This document shows, piece after piece, positions 36,726-50,329 of a stretch of 64,000 bases of DNA. Below the pieces are notes generated by a model. The model worked only from the letters and a program-made list of their open reading frames with translations, had not been told where the DNA came from and did not search any database. Made by a program: the position numbers and the translations under genes. Position 1 is the first letter of the stretch; each line of letters starts with the position of its first letter. Source of the stretch: the human T2T-CHM13v2.0 reference genome, Homo sapiens; assembly GCF_009914755.1 (NCBI RefSeq), contig NC_060930.1; one strand, 5' to 3'.

Positions 36726-37354
36726 TCATTTCATCCATCCATCATCACCTATCAATTATGTTCACTTCATGTCACTGGATGGAGGATCTTATTGCTCTAA
36801 ATATCATTTGTAAGTTGATGACCCCCAAACATTCCAGATCTAACCTGGCCCCAACTCCAGGATTTTACATCCAAATGTCTACAAATCATTTCCGTTTGAA
36901 CATCTAATGGTGACTTAGGACAGACTAAGTAGCAATTAACTCCAAAATCTCAGTGGATTAACAAAATGTTTATTCATTTATGCAAAGTCAGCTATGGGTC
37001 TGTGCAATTCTTCAGAGCAATTCTATGACTTCAGCTCACAACTCATTAACCAAAATTGGTCTCATAGTCCCACATAAGGTGGTAGAGAAGTATAATCCTC
37101 CAGCATGTTTAAGATAACAGAACCAGATACCAGTGAGCACTAGACATCCCTTTCACAGAAAGTCACTTCTTTAGTGAATCCTATTCGTAATACCTGTACC
37201 GTATCTTTCTTTTACTGGTTATCACAATAAATGAGGCCCATTCCTTTTCTCAAGCCAGAAGTCTTGTAGTCTTCCTCAATTCCCTCAAAGCCCACATCAA
37301 ATCAATTTGTATCAATATACAGTCCTGTCAGTTGGCTCACCTTAAAAATATATT

Positions 37355-37920
37355 CATAAAAGACCAAGAAAATTTGTTGAAATGTTCCATATTAAAGGAA
37401 CCTAAAGAGACACAGCAACTAAATGTAATACTGAATCCTGTACTAGAGGCAAGAAAAAGGACATTACTGGTTAACTGACAAGATTGGGACACAAATGGTA
37501 AATTACATAAAGGTATTTTATTATGTTAAATTTACTGGAGCCGATCATTGTGCTGTGGTTATGTAAGAGATGATCCTATTCTTAGGAAACACGGAAATAC
37601 ACACTGCTAAATTTAGAAGTAAAGGGTCACAATGTAAGATGAAAATAACTTACCTTCCAATAGCTAAAATGAAAGAAAAACACTATTTGTATATAAATTT
37701 ATATATATTATATAACATATTATATATTTATATATTATATACTGTATGATATATTAATATATTTGACATATTATTGATATTGTCTTTATATTTTATATTA
37801 ATACATATTTATATAAATATAAGTTTATACATATATACATATATATTGAAAGAGAGAAAGGAGGAGCTGATAAAGCAGACAGGGTACAATGTTAACAGCA
37901 GGTGAAACTAGATAAGGGTT
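37355..37920 (+). mobile_element. Old L1MC/ME 3' region with AT-rich low-complexity insert (37690-37850)
   Basis: gacacagcaactaaatgtaata...aaaggacattactgg...gtggttatgtaagag...aatgttaacagcaggtgaa. Confidence 0.65.
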
Positions 37921-37999
37921 CTGTCTTTAGGTGTGCACAGCTCCAGAATCTGACCGCACCTTATCACCCAGTACAAAGCCACCTTTCTCAAACCACCAT

Positions 38000-38280
38000 C
38001 CTGATTCCACTCTTGCCCAATCTACAGTCTGTTCGCCACACAGCAGCAAGACTGAGCCTTTGGATATGTAAATATGATCATGTCACTCCTGCTCAAAATC
38101 CTCAAACGGCTTACCATCAAACATGTGTAATAAAATCCAAAGACCTCTGCATAGCTATGTCCTGCCCCTTGGTTATCTTTTGATCTTATCTGCTATACTC
38201 ACCCCCTCAATCTAACTCTTTGCTCCAACCATCCTGCCTCCTTGCTGTTGCTGAATATACCCAGCATGCTACTGCCTTAG
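38000..38280. mobile_element. L2 fragment
   Basis: ccacacagcagcaagactgagcctt...gatcatgtcactcctgctcaaaatcctcaaacggctt...taaaatccaaa. Confidence 0.7.
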
Positions 38281-38643
38281 AGTTACCACCCCAAATTTAT
38301 ACTCACCAAAACTCAAGTTTTTTCTAGAATGGTTGACATAAACATCCTTGAGGTTATTTAAACATTTCTTTCAGTATTTTGCATTTTGCCATAAGATTAA
38401 AAAAAAGCATAAAAACAAATGAAAAGTAGGTCATAGCTAGTAACCGAAACAATATAGTGGCAATGAATCTGAAGATATAAACAATAAGCAACCGTTTTCA
38501 TATAGAATCTTATTTCAGTTGAAGCTGCCTCAAATTTTAATACTATTATAAGAATCCCTTTTACTTCATCTTTTTAGAATGGATTTTTAAGAAGTTCTTA
38601 TGGGAACGGTTCATATTTTTAATAAGCATTTTATTTCTTCACA

Positions 38644-39082
38644 ATGAAAAGAGTCTATCCATATATTCAATATTATGCTATTGTATTTTATTGAAGTTAT
38701 TTGTTGGAAGAATAAATGTTTTCTCAAAGGAAACAAGTTATATATTATGAATAGTAAAATAATCATATCTGAAAGTTTTCATTGAATGTATATTAATTTA
38801 ATAAAATTGCACATGTAAGCAGGCCTTTATCAAACTGCTTCTATAAACTCAAAGGAAGGAAAACTACTTTTAAGAAATAAAAGGTAAGTGAATGTGCAAT
38901 CAGAATTTAATTTTGTGCAGGATTTAAGTGCATTTAAACTAGAAACAAAAAATGACATATCAGAAAGCAGATTAAGGGCAAAAAGTTAGTCTTTTGGTGT
39001 TTTCTGCAGGAATATTGAGGATTACAGACAAATTTCAAACCCCAAATATAAACAGTGGCTCTTTGCTATTTCACGAGGATGA
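38644..39082 (+). pseudogene. Candidate decayed 3-exon gene for a small secreted prepro-peptide (inferred)
   Basis: Exons 38644-38706, 38823-38883 and 39010-39082 join in phase. The second intron has consensus AG|GTAAGT...TTTCTGCAG|G. The model requires one frameshift and one damaged donor in exon 1. Confidence 0.3.
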
Positions 39083-40996
39083 GGAAAGTTAGAGTTGGGA
39101 AATAGGGGTAATCAGGGACTCAAAGATAGAGATTTACCTGGAACTCAATTCATTCTAATCTAACCATTTTCAATGATGCCTTACTTTATCGTATCTATCA
39201 TGGATGAACTTTTTTTTAGGTACATAACGTTACGGTTTCATTTCCTAAAGATACTAGGTTATTTAAAATACTTTATTTTAAAAGTATCATAGCTGAACAG
39301 TTGAGCATTTTTAGGGTAGTAGCTCCGTGAAATTGGCTATATGTCCAGTGAGCTCATGCACCATTTCGATAAATATATAAAAGAATAAGAATATATGTGT
39401 GAAATATACATTTCATTTCAAGAAATATAATTAATTGCCATGTAACATTATAATAACAAAAAAATATATAATTTACCATTCATCTTTCTTTCTGCATCCC
39501 TATGAACCGTATTTTTTTTTATACTCTCTAAATATTTTTGCCTAGATAATTACAAAAATTTTACCTAGTTGTAGTCATGGGTTCAGATTTATATTTTCAA
39601 ATATAAGCATTTCTTTACCTGGCTTCTTAGCATTTTAAAATATCATTTTAATCAGTGCATAATATTTCATCAAGTGAATGCACAGTGAATAATTACCGTT
39701 TCATCATTTGTGAATATTTAGGAGCATGTATATGCTTGATTTTTTTTGGAGTGTAGAGATTTTTTAAAAATTCAATTTGTGTGGTTTGGATTAATTTTAA
39801 TTTTTAATTTAGTGAATAAAATAAAGCAGTTTTATTTTATTATTAAAAATAATAAGGCAGAGTTAGGAATTCTATAGAGGACTATTGAACCAAAGCAACA
39901 AAATAAATTGAATTTATATTCTTTTCATAGTGAAATATAAACCATTCAATTATTTAAAAAAAAAACATTATTTAATAATTAAGAACAATATCTCAAAGTA
40001 TACTTAGGTTATGTAAATCCTTTGAATATTAAGGAGCAAGGAAAAAGGAGAGGCATGCAGGAGAGAGATGAGATAGAGAGACATGTGTAAGAGAATGGAC
40101 ACACTGGAAGAGAAATTTATACAGATGGGTATTGTAATCTCTGCTTGTTTTTCCTGTCTCTTCATAGCTGGAGGATTGTATATGTCACTGAGAGATTCTG
40201 ACCTGTATGACTGCTTGGAACATTTTGCCCTTTGGGCAGAGAGAATGGGAGGGACCTAAGTCATGAATTAGCTGGTATCACTTTGACTTTGCATCCCAGT
40301 TCTTGTCTCTGACATACTGTCTGGTTTCCCTGTGTGCCTGAGTCTCTGCCTTGCATCTAAGACAGAGTATTCTACCTCTTATGGAGCTTAGCTTCTTTTT
40401 TGTTTGCTTGTTTGTTTGTTTACCATTCAGTCCTTACCCCATGAGGGTTTTCAGTTATCAGCTTCTGGATCTTTTGAATGATGAGTATACCTCTGGTCCT
40501 TCTATTGCTATGTTTTGTACATCTACTGGAGATCTCACCTACTGTTGAATTTTCCTGATATTGTAACTGACATTGACCTTTGCTGACCATGTCTGGGCTG
40601 CACAGGTCTAGTCCACTCACTTGCCTTGCCTATGGATGGATATTTATTCAGTTCAGACGTAGGTCATCTCAGTTTGGTCCATCTGACTGGTGGTCAAAAT
40701 CCAGGGACCACCCAACAAAACTCTGTAAATAGTAGTACTTAAAACTTTTAATTGATTATTCTAAATATTTTTAAAATGTTCAGTATGCAAATTTTTGAAC
40801 CCCTTTTAACAATGGCTTGATATATTAACCATATTGTTTAACAGAAAGTCAGGTGCAAAAGCTCCAGGACTTGATAGGATAGTTCAATAACTAATTATAA
40901 ATTATATACAAATGGCTTTCGACAAATGTTAAGAATCAAAGGAAGATGAAAGCAAGCTATGTATGAGAAAAGACTACAGGACTTACAATCTGATGA

Positions 40997-41331
<335 letters not shown>

Positions 41332-41344
41332 TGTATCCCCTTGT

Positions 41345-41490
41345 TTACTATGACACTGGACAAGCTACTTAACATCTCTGAGCCTCAATTTCCTCATTAG
41401 GAAATTAATGACAATAGCCATCTAAAGGTCTGAGGGAGAATTAAATTGAATAATATGAAAGAAGATATATAACATATAGTGGGCCCATAA
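41345..41490. mobile_element. MIR
   Basis: ggacaagctacttaacatctctgagcctcaatttcctcatt. Confidence 0.75.
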
Positions 41491-42419
41491 TCACTGTTTT
41501 TTTAAATATAAGGTAATTGATTATTTTATATAAAATAAGATGTCTCCTATGTACAAAACCTGTGAAATAGTCCCAAGCATAGATGGAACATATTTTGAGT
41601 TTTCAGGTTGTAACCTAGTGACTCAGTCACTTATGCACTAAATATTTCTTAGCTTTTAAAAAATAAAGTCCCTATAGTCAAGTAGTTCATCATCTAGTAA
41701 ACCGTGTTGTAGTAAACCTGGGCTATGAGGAAATCCTTGTAAATGGGACCAGAGAGCAAAAGTGAACTATATCCTGAATGTCTTTACTTGTAAATGCTGC
41801 TTAAAGCATTGCTTTGGATCAGACGACAAATGAGATTAAAAAATTTGATATTAGCTATATGATCTTATTTGCTGTAGGCATTAAATCATGCAGAAATGTG
41901 GAAAGTAAGAGAGAAAGATCCAACTTCCAGGTATTGATTGTTCTGATCAAGAAAGGAAAAGGAAAACTGCCAGGAGAAGCAATTTTCTGCACCTAATTTG
42001 AAAGCCTAAGAAGCCAAAGAGATACTTCTCTATTCACTCAGCAAACATTTCTGAATGCCCACTCTTTGCCCTGTCTTGTTATAGGCTCCAGGAATTCAAA
42101 GGTGTAGTCTCAGTCCCCATGTCTAAATGGGAGCCATATATGGAAATCATTACAAGGTGCTAATCAAGATATGTACACAGACTGTGGAAGCACTGAACAA
42201 AGTGCAGTCCATTTTACTTATTTGGGTATGAAATCTATTCAGGGTCTTAAAAATAATCTTGAAGTTACCAAATGTCTAGGAATTTTCTAGACCATTAAGA
42301 CTTAAGCAAAAACATAGGGTGGAAAGAAATTACATGACATATGTAGGAAAAGCGTAAGATACATGAGAGTGAGTGGAAAAGGATTGGAGGCTGAATTGGG
42401 GGACTTCAGTTGTCTAATT

Positions 42420-42627
42420 GAGGGGTCAAAAAACAATGGCCGAGGGGCTGGCCCATCACCTGTTTTATTACATAAGGTTTTATTGAACACAGACACACCC
42501 ATTAGTTTAGGTATTATCCACGAATGCTTTCAAGCTGCAACAGTAGAATTGAGTAGCTGTGAAAGAGTTGCATAACATATTTATGATATGACCCTTTACA
42601 TGAAAAGTTTGCTGAATTCTGGTCTAG
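42420..42627. mobile_element. MER58A-like hAT MITE
   Basis: aggggtc...aaggttttattgaacacagacacaccc...cctttacatgaaaagtttgctga. Confidence 0.8.
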
Positions 42628-43366
42628 GTTATAAATGACAAAGACCTGAACTAAGGAAGTAGTATGCATTGGAGGAAAAAGAATTTGTGAAGCATTTTAA
42701 AGAGAGTTTTTTCCTTATAGTATATTTGATTTTATTGCTTTTTATTACTATATATCCCTATAAAAGTAATAGCTATTTATTGTAAACAATTTAAATAATG
42801 CAGTATATATAAAATAGACAGTAAAAACTCAAATAGCAAAACTGTATTAATATAAAGAGAAGGTGAATGTTCTCAGAGGCAACCATTGTTAACAGTTTGA
42901 ACATTTTTCAAGATGTTTTCATGAAAATATATTTATTCATATTCATTTGTTTTGTTTTATAAATGGGATCGTTTTATTCAGACTATTCTATAATCTGTAT
43001 TTATCACTTAACAGTATAGCACAGACTTCTTTTCATGTCATGACATACAGATCTGTCTTATGCCCATTAACAGTTTTATGTTGTAGACTTTCCTTTGTAG
43101 GGAAGTTTAATTTAATAATTTATTTATTCTACAGATATTTATTGAGCAATGAAGCGCACATCTATGAAACTGTCTACTGAGTACCCCACCACACAAATCT
43201 TCTGAGGACTGCTATCCCCATCCATTTGTGTATCATGATGGCCATTATACTAGTAGAATTTAATTCTGCTTCCTGGCCTCTATTCTTTGGTTCAATTGTG
43301 GGGATTTAACACAAGTCAGCTATGCAGAAATGGCTAATCATCACTAAAATTTAGGCTTTCTGACAA

Positions 43367-44475
43367 CCTACGCAATACCATCTTGCACATGGGAATGGAC
43401 AATGATTTCTTGACAAAGACACCAAAAACAATTGCAACAAAAAGCAAAAATTGGCACGTGGGATCTAATTAAACCTAAGCACTTCTGCACAGCAAAAGAA
43501 ACTTTCAGCAGAATAAACAACCTACAGAACAGGAGGAAATATTTGCAAACTATACACCTGATACCCATCTAATATCCAGCATCTCTAAGGAACTTAAACA
43601 AATTTATAAGAGAAAAACAAACAATCCCATTAAAAAGTGGGTAAAGAACATGAACAGACACTTCTCCAAACAGACATACAGGTGACCAACAAGCATATGA
43701 AAAAAAGCTCAATATGACTTATCATTAGAGAAATGTAAATCAAAACTACAATGAGATTCCATCTCACATCAGTCAGAATTGATATTATTAAAAAGTCAAA
43801 AACATAACAGATGCTGGCAAGGTTGTGGAGAAGGGAACATTTATACACTGCAGGTGGGAGTGTAAATTAGTTCAGCTATTGTGGAAAACAGTATGGTGAT
43901 TCCTCAAAGACCTAAAAGCAGAACCACCATTGGATCCCATTCCTAGGCATATACCCAGAGGAATATAAATCATTCTACCATAAAAACACATCCACATGAA
44001 TGTTCATTGCAGCATTGTTCACAATAGAAAAGACATGAAATCAACCTAAATGCCCATCAGTGGTAGACTGCATAAAGAACATGTAGTATACATACACCAT
44101 GGAAAACTATGCAGCCATAAAAAAGAATGAGAGCAAGTCTTTCGCAGGAACATGGATGGAGCTGGAGGCTATTATCCTTAGCAAACTGATGCAAGAACAG
44201 GAAACCAAATACCACATGTTCTCACTTATAAGTGGGAGCTAAATGATAAGAACTTATAAACACAAAGAAAGAAACAACTTTCTTGAGAGTGGAGGGTGGG
44301 AGGAGGGAGTCTACTTGAGAGTGGAGGGTAGGAGGAGGGAGAGGAGCAGAAAAGATAACTATTGCATATGGGCTTAATACCTAGATGATTGAATACTCTG
44401 TACATCAAACCTCTGTGATGTAAGTTTACCTATGTAATAAACCTTCATGTGTACCCCTGAACCTAAAATAAAGGA
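43367..44475 (+). mobile_element. L1PA (older, about PA10-16) 3' fragment
   Basis: ORF2 C-terminal and 3' UTR motifs ending gtacccctgaacctaaaataaa. Confidence 0.88.
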
Positions 44476-44669
44476 GAAACTGAGGCACAGGTTAGATAAT
44501 GTCCAGATATTAGAATGTGTTTTGCAGATAATACCAGCTGTCCACCAAAAGCTTTTCTCGTTTTCTTACTGGGTATATGGCTAGCCTACATTTCTTACAC
44601 TCTCTTGGTCATATGTGGTCCAAGTAAATTTTTACCAGTGAAATGTGAATGGAAGTAATGAATACCATT

Positions 44670-45186
44670 ATATTAGTTATCTCTTGCTATACAAATGATA
44701 GCCTAAAATAACAATAAACATTTCATACAGTTTCTATGGAGTTGCAAATTCAGAATTGGCTTTGCTGAATGGTTCTAGATCACGGTCTTGGTTGTAGTCA
44801 AGATGGCAATGGGGCTGCAGTCATCTGAAGGCTTTGCTGGGACTTGAGGTTTCACTTCCAAAATGACTTATTTACATGGCCTTTGGCAGGATACCTCGGG
44901 TTTTTTTTTTTTTTCTCCACATGCATCTCCTGAAAAGACTACCTGAGTGTCTTCATAACATGACAGCTGTCTTTGCCCATAGCAAGTGACCCAAGAGAGG
45001 AAGGCAGAAGCTGCAGTATCTTTTGTGACCTGGCCTCAAAAGTTGTATGTGGTCATTGCCACAATATCAGATTGGTTATACAGGTCAGCTCCTTTCAATG
45101 TGGGAGAGTACTACAGAAGAAGTGTGGCTACCCAGAGGTGGAATTCACTGGTGGTGGCGGTGCATCTTGGAGGCTGCCTACCACAG
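44670..45186 (-). mobile_element. MLT1F/G-like MaLR LTR nested in an older MLT1
   Basis: tattagttatct...ggctgcagtcatctgaaggcttt...gcatcttggaggctgcctaccaca. Confidence 0.7.
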
Positions 45187-45489
45187 TCCTTTAAGAGAGA
45201 AGCTAGGCCTTTCTGACATTCTTTTTCTTCTTCTGATTGGAAACTGGATGTGGAACTTCATCCTAGATTGTAGAGATAATGGGACCCTAGGGGTTGCATG
45301 GCCACAAGATGGAATGAATGTATATATTTGAATCAGATTCCTCTACTCAAATTACAGGGTCCTGGACATCCTCTAGATAATAGTGGTCTTATGACATTGC
45401 CTCTTGATGTAGTAGCCAGATGGATTTTTGAATGGCCTCCCCTGAGGACAGGAGTTTGTTGTGTTTATAATAGGATGTATGGTATTTGA

Positions 45490-46072
45490 TGTTGGCAGAC
45501 AATTCTCCATGAACATTTTCACATTTCTTTATGATTCATATCTTCAAAGCAAGGGATAATGTCTGAATAGCAAGGGACTTGAAAGCTGGAAATTTAGAGA
45601 TTTGTCTCCTGTCGAGACATTTGCTTACATTCCAAAATAATAAAGATAAAGATCTTCCCCTTCTTTCCTGGAGAGGATTTGTTTACATTTCAGAATAAAA
45701 CATACCCTCTCTTTTTCTCTCTGGAAATGAAAATAGGCATATATACAGCAGTCCCTATATAAGCTCTGAACCTCATAAGTTTAGAATTCCTCTCCTTGGA
45801 TGCATTTCTGTTACATGCACAAGTAATATCTCACTCTCAATCATGTTGGCCCATGGAGACTGGAGCTGGGGAAATTGTTCCAGAAAGCGTCTTTCTTTCC
45901 GGAAAGAAGCTGCTCTGGCTGTTTTTGCTGTAAATAATAACTTATTTGTCTTATCCAAAAAACATTTTTTCTCCTGTCAAGATAGCTAAATCTATATGTC
46001 TATAAAACTGTGGCAGGCTAACTTATTGGCTTGCAAGCAGGATAAGATCTCTGACCTTTGACAGTTTCTGAC
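45490..46072. mobile_element. Old ERV1-type solo LTR (MER89/90/110-like; subfamily uncertain)
   Basis: tgttggcagacaattctccatg start; TATA-like cctatataagc; ends near ctttgaca. Confidence 0.5.
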
Positions 46073-46509
46073 TTAACAATTATGAACATTATGCCAATAA
46101 ATTAGACAACTCAGATCAAATGAACAAATTCCTTCAAAGACACAGACCACCAAACTCATTAAAGAAGAAATAAACTGAATAGCCCTATGTCTATTAAAGA
46201 CATAGAATTTGTAGTGAACAACTTTACTACAATGAAAACTTCAGTTCCAGCTGGTTTCATTGGTGAATTCCAACAAACATTTAAGGAAGAAATAATACCA
46301 ATTCCCCACAAACTCTTCCAGAAAACTGAAAATGGGGGATACTTCCTAATTCATTCTATGAGGCCAAAAGTACTCTTATAGTCAAACAAAGAAAAATATT
46401 TAATTTTTGTTTGTGTATATGAGTACTTTGGGTATTAATACCTTTTTGTTGTTGTTGTTGTTTAGGAATAAGAGTACTTTTTGGCCTTACAGAATAAATT
46501 AGGAAGCCT

Positions 46510-46760
46510 CTTTGGGAGGTTAACGTGGGTAGATGGCTTGAGTCCCAGAATTTGAGACCAGCCTGGGCAACACGACAAAATCCCATCTCTACAAAAAACA
46601 CAAAAAAATTGGGCGTGGTGGCATGCGCACGTAGGCTGACAATGGAAAGATCACCCAAGCTCGGGAGGTCGAGTTGCAGTGAGCTGAGCCATGATTGTGC
46701 AACTGCCCTCCGGGTGACAGAGTGAGACCGTGTCTTAATTAAAAAGACAAAAAAAAAAAA
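46510..46760 (+). mobile_element. AluJ, truncated
   Basis: Degenerate Alu arms with A tail. Confidence 0.8.
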
Positions 46761-47588
46761 GATATTACAAGGAAATAAAACTACAGATCACTATTTCTTA
46801 TAATCATATATAGCAATTGTTAAACAAAACTTTTTTTTTTTGCAAATCTAATAAAAACTATGTAAAAAAGATAATACAGAATGACTAGGTGAGGTTTATT
46901 CCAGGAATGCAAGATTGAGTAAACATTTGAAAAACAATTGATGTAATTTACCACATTAACAAACTAAAAAGAAAAATTACATGATTCATCTAAATAGGCA
47001 CAGAAAAATATAGGAGATAACACTGGGTTACATAATACTTTCTTGGATATGACACCAAAATCACCATTCATTAACATAAATTGATAAATTGGACTTCATC
47101 AAAATTAACAACTTTTGCTCTGCAGAGGAAGCTGCTTGGAAAATGAAAGACATGAATTGGTAGACAACATTTTCAAATCATGTATTTGATACATGACTCT
47201 TGGCCAGAATATATAAAAATCTTTCAAAACTTAACAGTAAAAAAACAATTCCCAGAAATGAGCAAAAACATTTGAAAAGACACTTCACTAAAGAAGATAT
47301 TCAAATGGCCAATAAGCACATGAAAAATGCTCAACATCATTAGTAATAAGGGATGTGCAAATTAAATTCACAATGTGATTCCATTACACACCTACTGGAA
47401 TGGCTAAAATTTAAAAAGACTGATTTTGGCAAAGATGTTTAGGAAACGGAACTCATATACACTGTTGATGGGAATATAACATGGTATAACCACTTTTGAC
47501 AGCAGTTTGACAGTTTCTTAAGAAGCTGAACATACATCCTTCATGTGATCCAACAATTTCATTTCTAGCTATTCACTCAAGAGAAATA

Positions 47589-47753
47589 GCCAAGCACAGT
47601 GGTGCAAGCCTGTAGTCCCAGCTACCTGGGAGGCTGAGGTGGGGGAATCACTTGAGCCATGGAGTTCCACAGTGTCATATGATTGTGCCTGTGAATGGCC
47701 ACTGCCCTCTAGCCTGGGCAACATAGGGAGACCTCATCTCTTAAAAAAGAAAA
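47589..47753 (+). mobile_element. FAM (fossil Alu monomer)
   Basis: gattgtgcctgtgaatggccactgc FAM-specific segment. Confidence 0.75.
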
Positions 47754-48524
47754 GCAAGTGTCCACACAAATACAGGGACACAAATGTTTACAGTAGTGTT
47801 ATTTGCAATAGATAAGACCTAGAAACCACTCAAATGTCTATTAAAAGGCGAATGGATAAACAAATTATGGAAGATATTGCAGTGGAATGCTTCTCAGTAA
47901 TACACTTGAGATTACATTTGGTGATATCTCCTTCTAAAGCAGAGGAAGCTACAGGAGATAGTAGATAAAGACCTAGTACAAGACAAATAAACAAAATAAA
48001 ACATCTTTTCAGAGTAGCTTATGCCCACAGAAGGTTTTGAATAGCCACAGGAGGCTACTCCTGTGGCACAGAGGGAGAATGCCAGTGGAGAGCCATGTAA
48101 CTGAGACCGGGCCTTTACCATGAAATATACTTCCATTAAAAAATATGTGAAATTGAGGTTTGTTCATTTGGCAGAATTTTCACTACTGTCAGTTTTCTAT
48201 TTAATTTTATGCGGTGTTATTGGCTTTTCTTTTTTTAAAAAATAATAATCCCATGTTTCTATATTGTGGCCCCTGAGCTTACGTTTAAGAAGTTTGTGGG
48301 GAGATTTACCACTTTTTCAGGCGAGGACTTTAAAAGAGCGATACCCATTATCAGAAACTTAAGCCTTCAGTGGTAGAAGTCAGTTGGAAATAAATAATTT
48401 TTTTAAGTCACAGTTGACTATTTACTTGAGCTATGGTATTGTAAGTAAATAATCAAATATAACCTGTCTTTTGAATTTTGATTATATAATTAATCACTAT
48501 TAATCATGCTTCAACTATTCCAAT

Positions 48525-49300
48525 CTTTTTTTTAACTTTTATTTTAGGTTTGGGGGTACATGTAAAGGTTTGTTACATAGGTAAACATGTGTCATGGGGG
48601 TTTGTTGTATAGATTATTTCATAACCTAACCCGGGTATTAAGTCCAGTACACAATAGTTGTAGGTAAACTCGTGTCATGGGGGTTTGTTGTACAGATTAT
48701 TTCATAACCCAGCCATTAGGTCCGGTACACACAGTTATCTTTTCTGCTTCTCTCCCTCCTCCCACCCTTCACTGTCAAGTAGACCCCAGTATTTGTTGTT
48801 TCCTTCTTTGTGTTCATAAGTTCTTATCATTCAGCTCCCACTTATAAGTGAGAACATGTCGTATTTGGTTTTCTGTTCCTGCAATAGTTTGCTAAGGTTA
48901 ATGGCCTCCAGCTTCATCCATGTTCCTGTAAAAGACATGATCTCATTCTGTTTTATGGCTGCATAATATTCCATAGTGTATGTGTACCACATTTTCTTTC
49001 TGCAGTCTGTCATTGATGGGCATTTAGGTTGATTCTATGTTTTTGCTATTGTGAATAGTGCTGCAAAGAACATTCATGTGGATATGTCTTTATGGTGGAA
49101 TGATTTATATTTCTCTGGCTATTAACCCAGTCATGGGATTGCTGGGTCAAATGATAGTTCTGCTTTTGGGTCTTTGAGGAATCGCCATACTGCTTTCCAC
49201 AATGGCTGAACTAATTTACACTTCCATCAGCAATGTATAAGTGTTCCCTTTTCTCTACAACCTCGCCAGCATCTGTTGTTTTTTTACTTTTTAAATAGCC
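48525..49300 (-). mobile_element. L1PA (about PA11-16) 3' fragment with an internal tandem duplication
   Basis: Antisense L1 3' UTR and ORF2 end. Confidence 0.88.
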
Positions 49301-50150
49301 AACAATCTTTAAATCTTAAAAATAAAATTCTGTTCTGAATGGGGCATGCTAACATCAAACACCAGAAACATTATTTTCTGGATATAGAGTGCTCTCACTC
49401 AGGTAACATAAAATCAAATGCAGATTATGGCTATGTGCCAGTTTTTTAAATTTTGGATTTAAGCATGACGTTTATGAAGTAAATTTTTTATTTGGCATTT
49501 AATATCACACTTTTGGTTTCTTCTTGTCAAGCCAGTTATCCACTTTTTTTCTCAGTACAAAAGATAAGAAAAACTCCAGACGGCCTAGACCTTTCTCATA
49601 TTGACTACATTCAATGATCTTTCTCTTAACTTTCTGAGAAGTTAGGAAACAGGGAAAAGTAATTGGGTTAATAATAGCATTCTGTAATATTTCTGGTATT
49701 CCTTTGTCAAGATTTCTACTTGATTTTTGACCACTCACTTTGTTGCTGGCTTTCTAGTTGTCTGTATTCCTAGACCTGTTGGTTGGTACAATCTAATGTG
49801 ACCTCTTGGTCTCTGGTATATCTCTTCCTCTGAAAACCTAGGCTATGGTCATAATTCTAATTCAAAGACCTCTGCTCATTTCAGATTGTGAGAAAAACAA
49901 AGAAAACAGAGAAAAAAATTATGGACAAACATTTTGAAAATACATACAATAGGTCACAGAGAATATTTGGTGCAGTTGCATGTAGTTCTTTGTAAACTAT
50001 CATCATTAAAGAAGAGCAAATAAAAATCATGTCCTACTAAGTTTAGACCCATTGACGTCTTTCTGACAGAAGATTCAAAAGCAACTACAGGAACCTTCAG
50101 CAAAAGGACAATGTAACACTTTCTTACATGTTAAATTCAGGTTATAGCAT

Positions 50151-50328
50151 TTCTTCTTTTCTCTTCTCTTCTCTTTTCTTTACTTTTCTTTTCCTTTTCT
50201 CTTTTCTTTTTTTTTTCGAGTTGTGGTCTTGATATGTTACCCAAGCTGAACTGGAACTCTGGGACACAAGCAATTCTGCCTCAGCCTCCTGAGTATCTGG
50301 GACTACAGGCATGCACCACAGCACCCAA
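50151..50328 (-). mobile_element. FLAM monomer with CT-rich tail
   Basis: tctgcctcagcctcctgagtatctgggactacaggcatgcacc. Confidence 0.8.
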
Positions 50329-50329
50329 C

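Larger units (their letters stand above)
46075..47900 (+). mobile_element. L1M (MB/MC) ORF2 fragments interrupted by AluJ and FAM
   Basis: ORF2-like peptide GFIGEFQQTFKEEIIPI; acacttcactaaagaagatattcaaatggccaataagcacatgaaaa. Confidence 0.8.

Noticed and set aside
37690-37850. AT-rich quasi-palindromic tract
   Set aside because: Degenerate (TA)n expansion inside an old L1; no specific structure supportable
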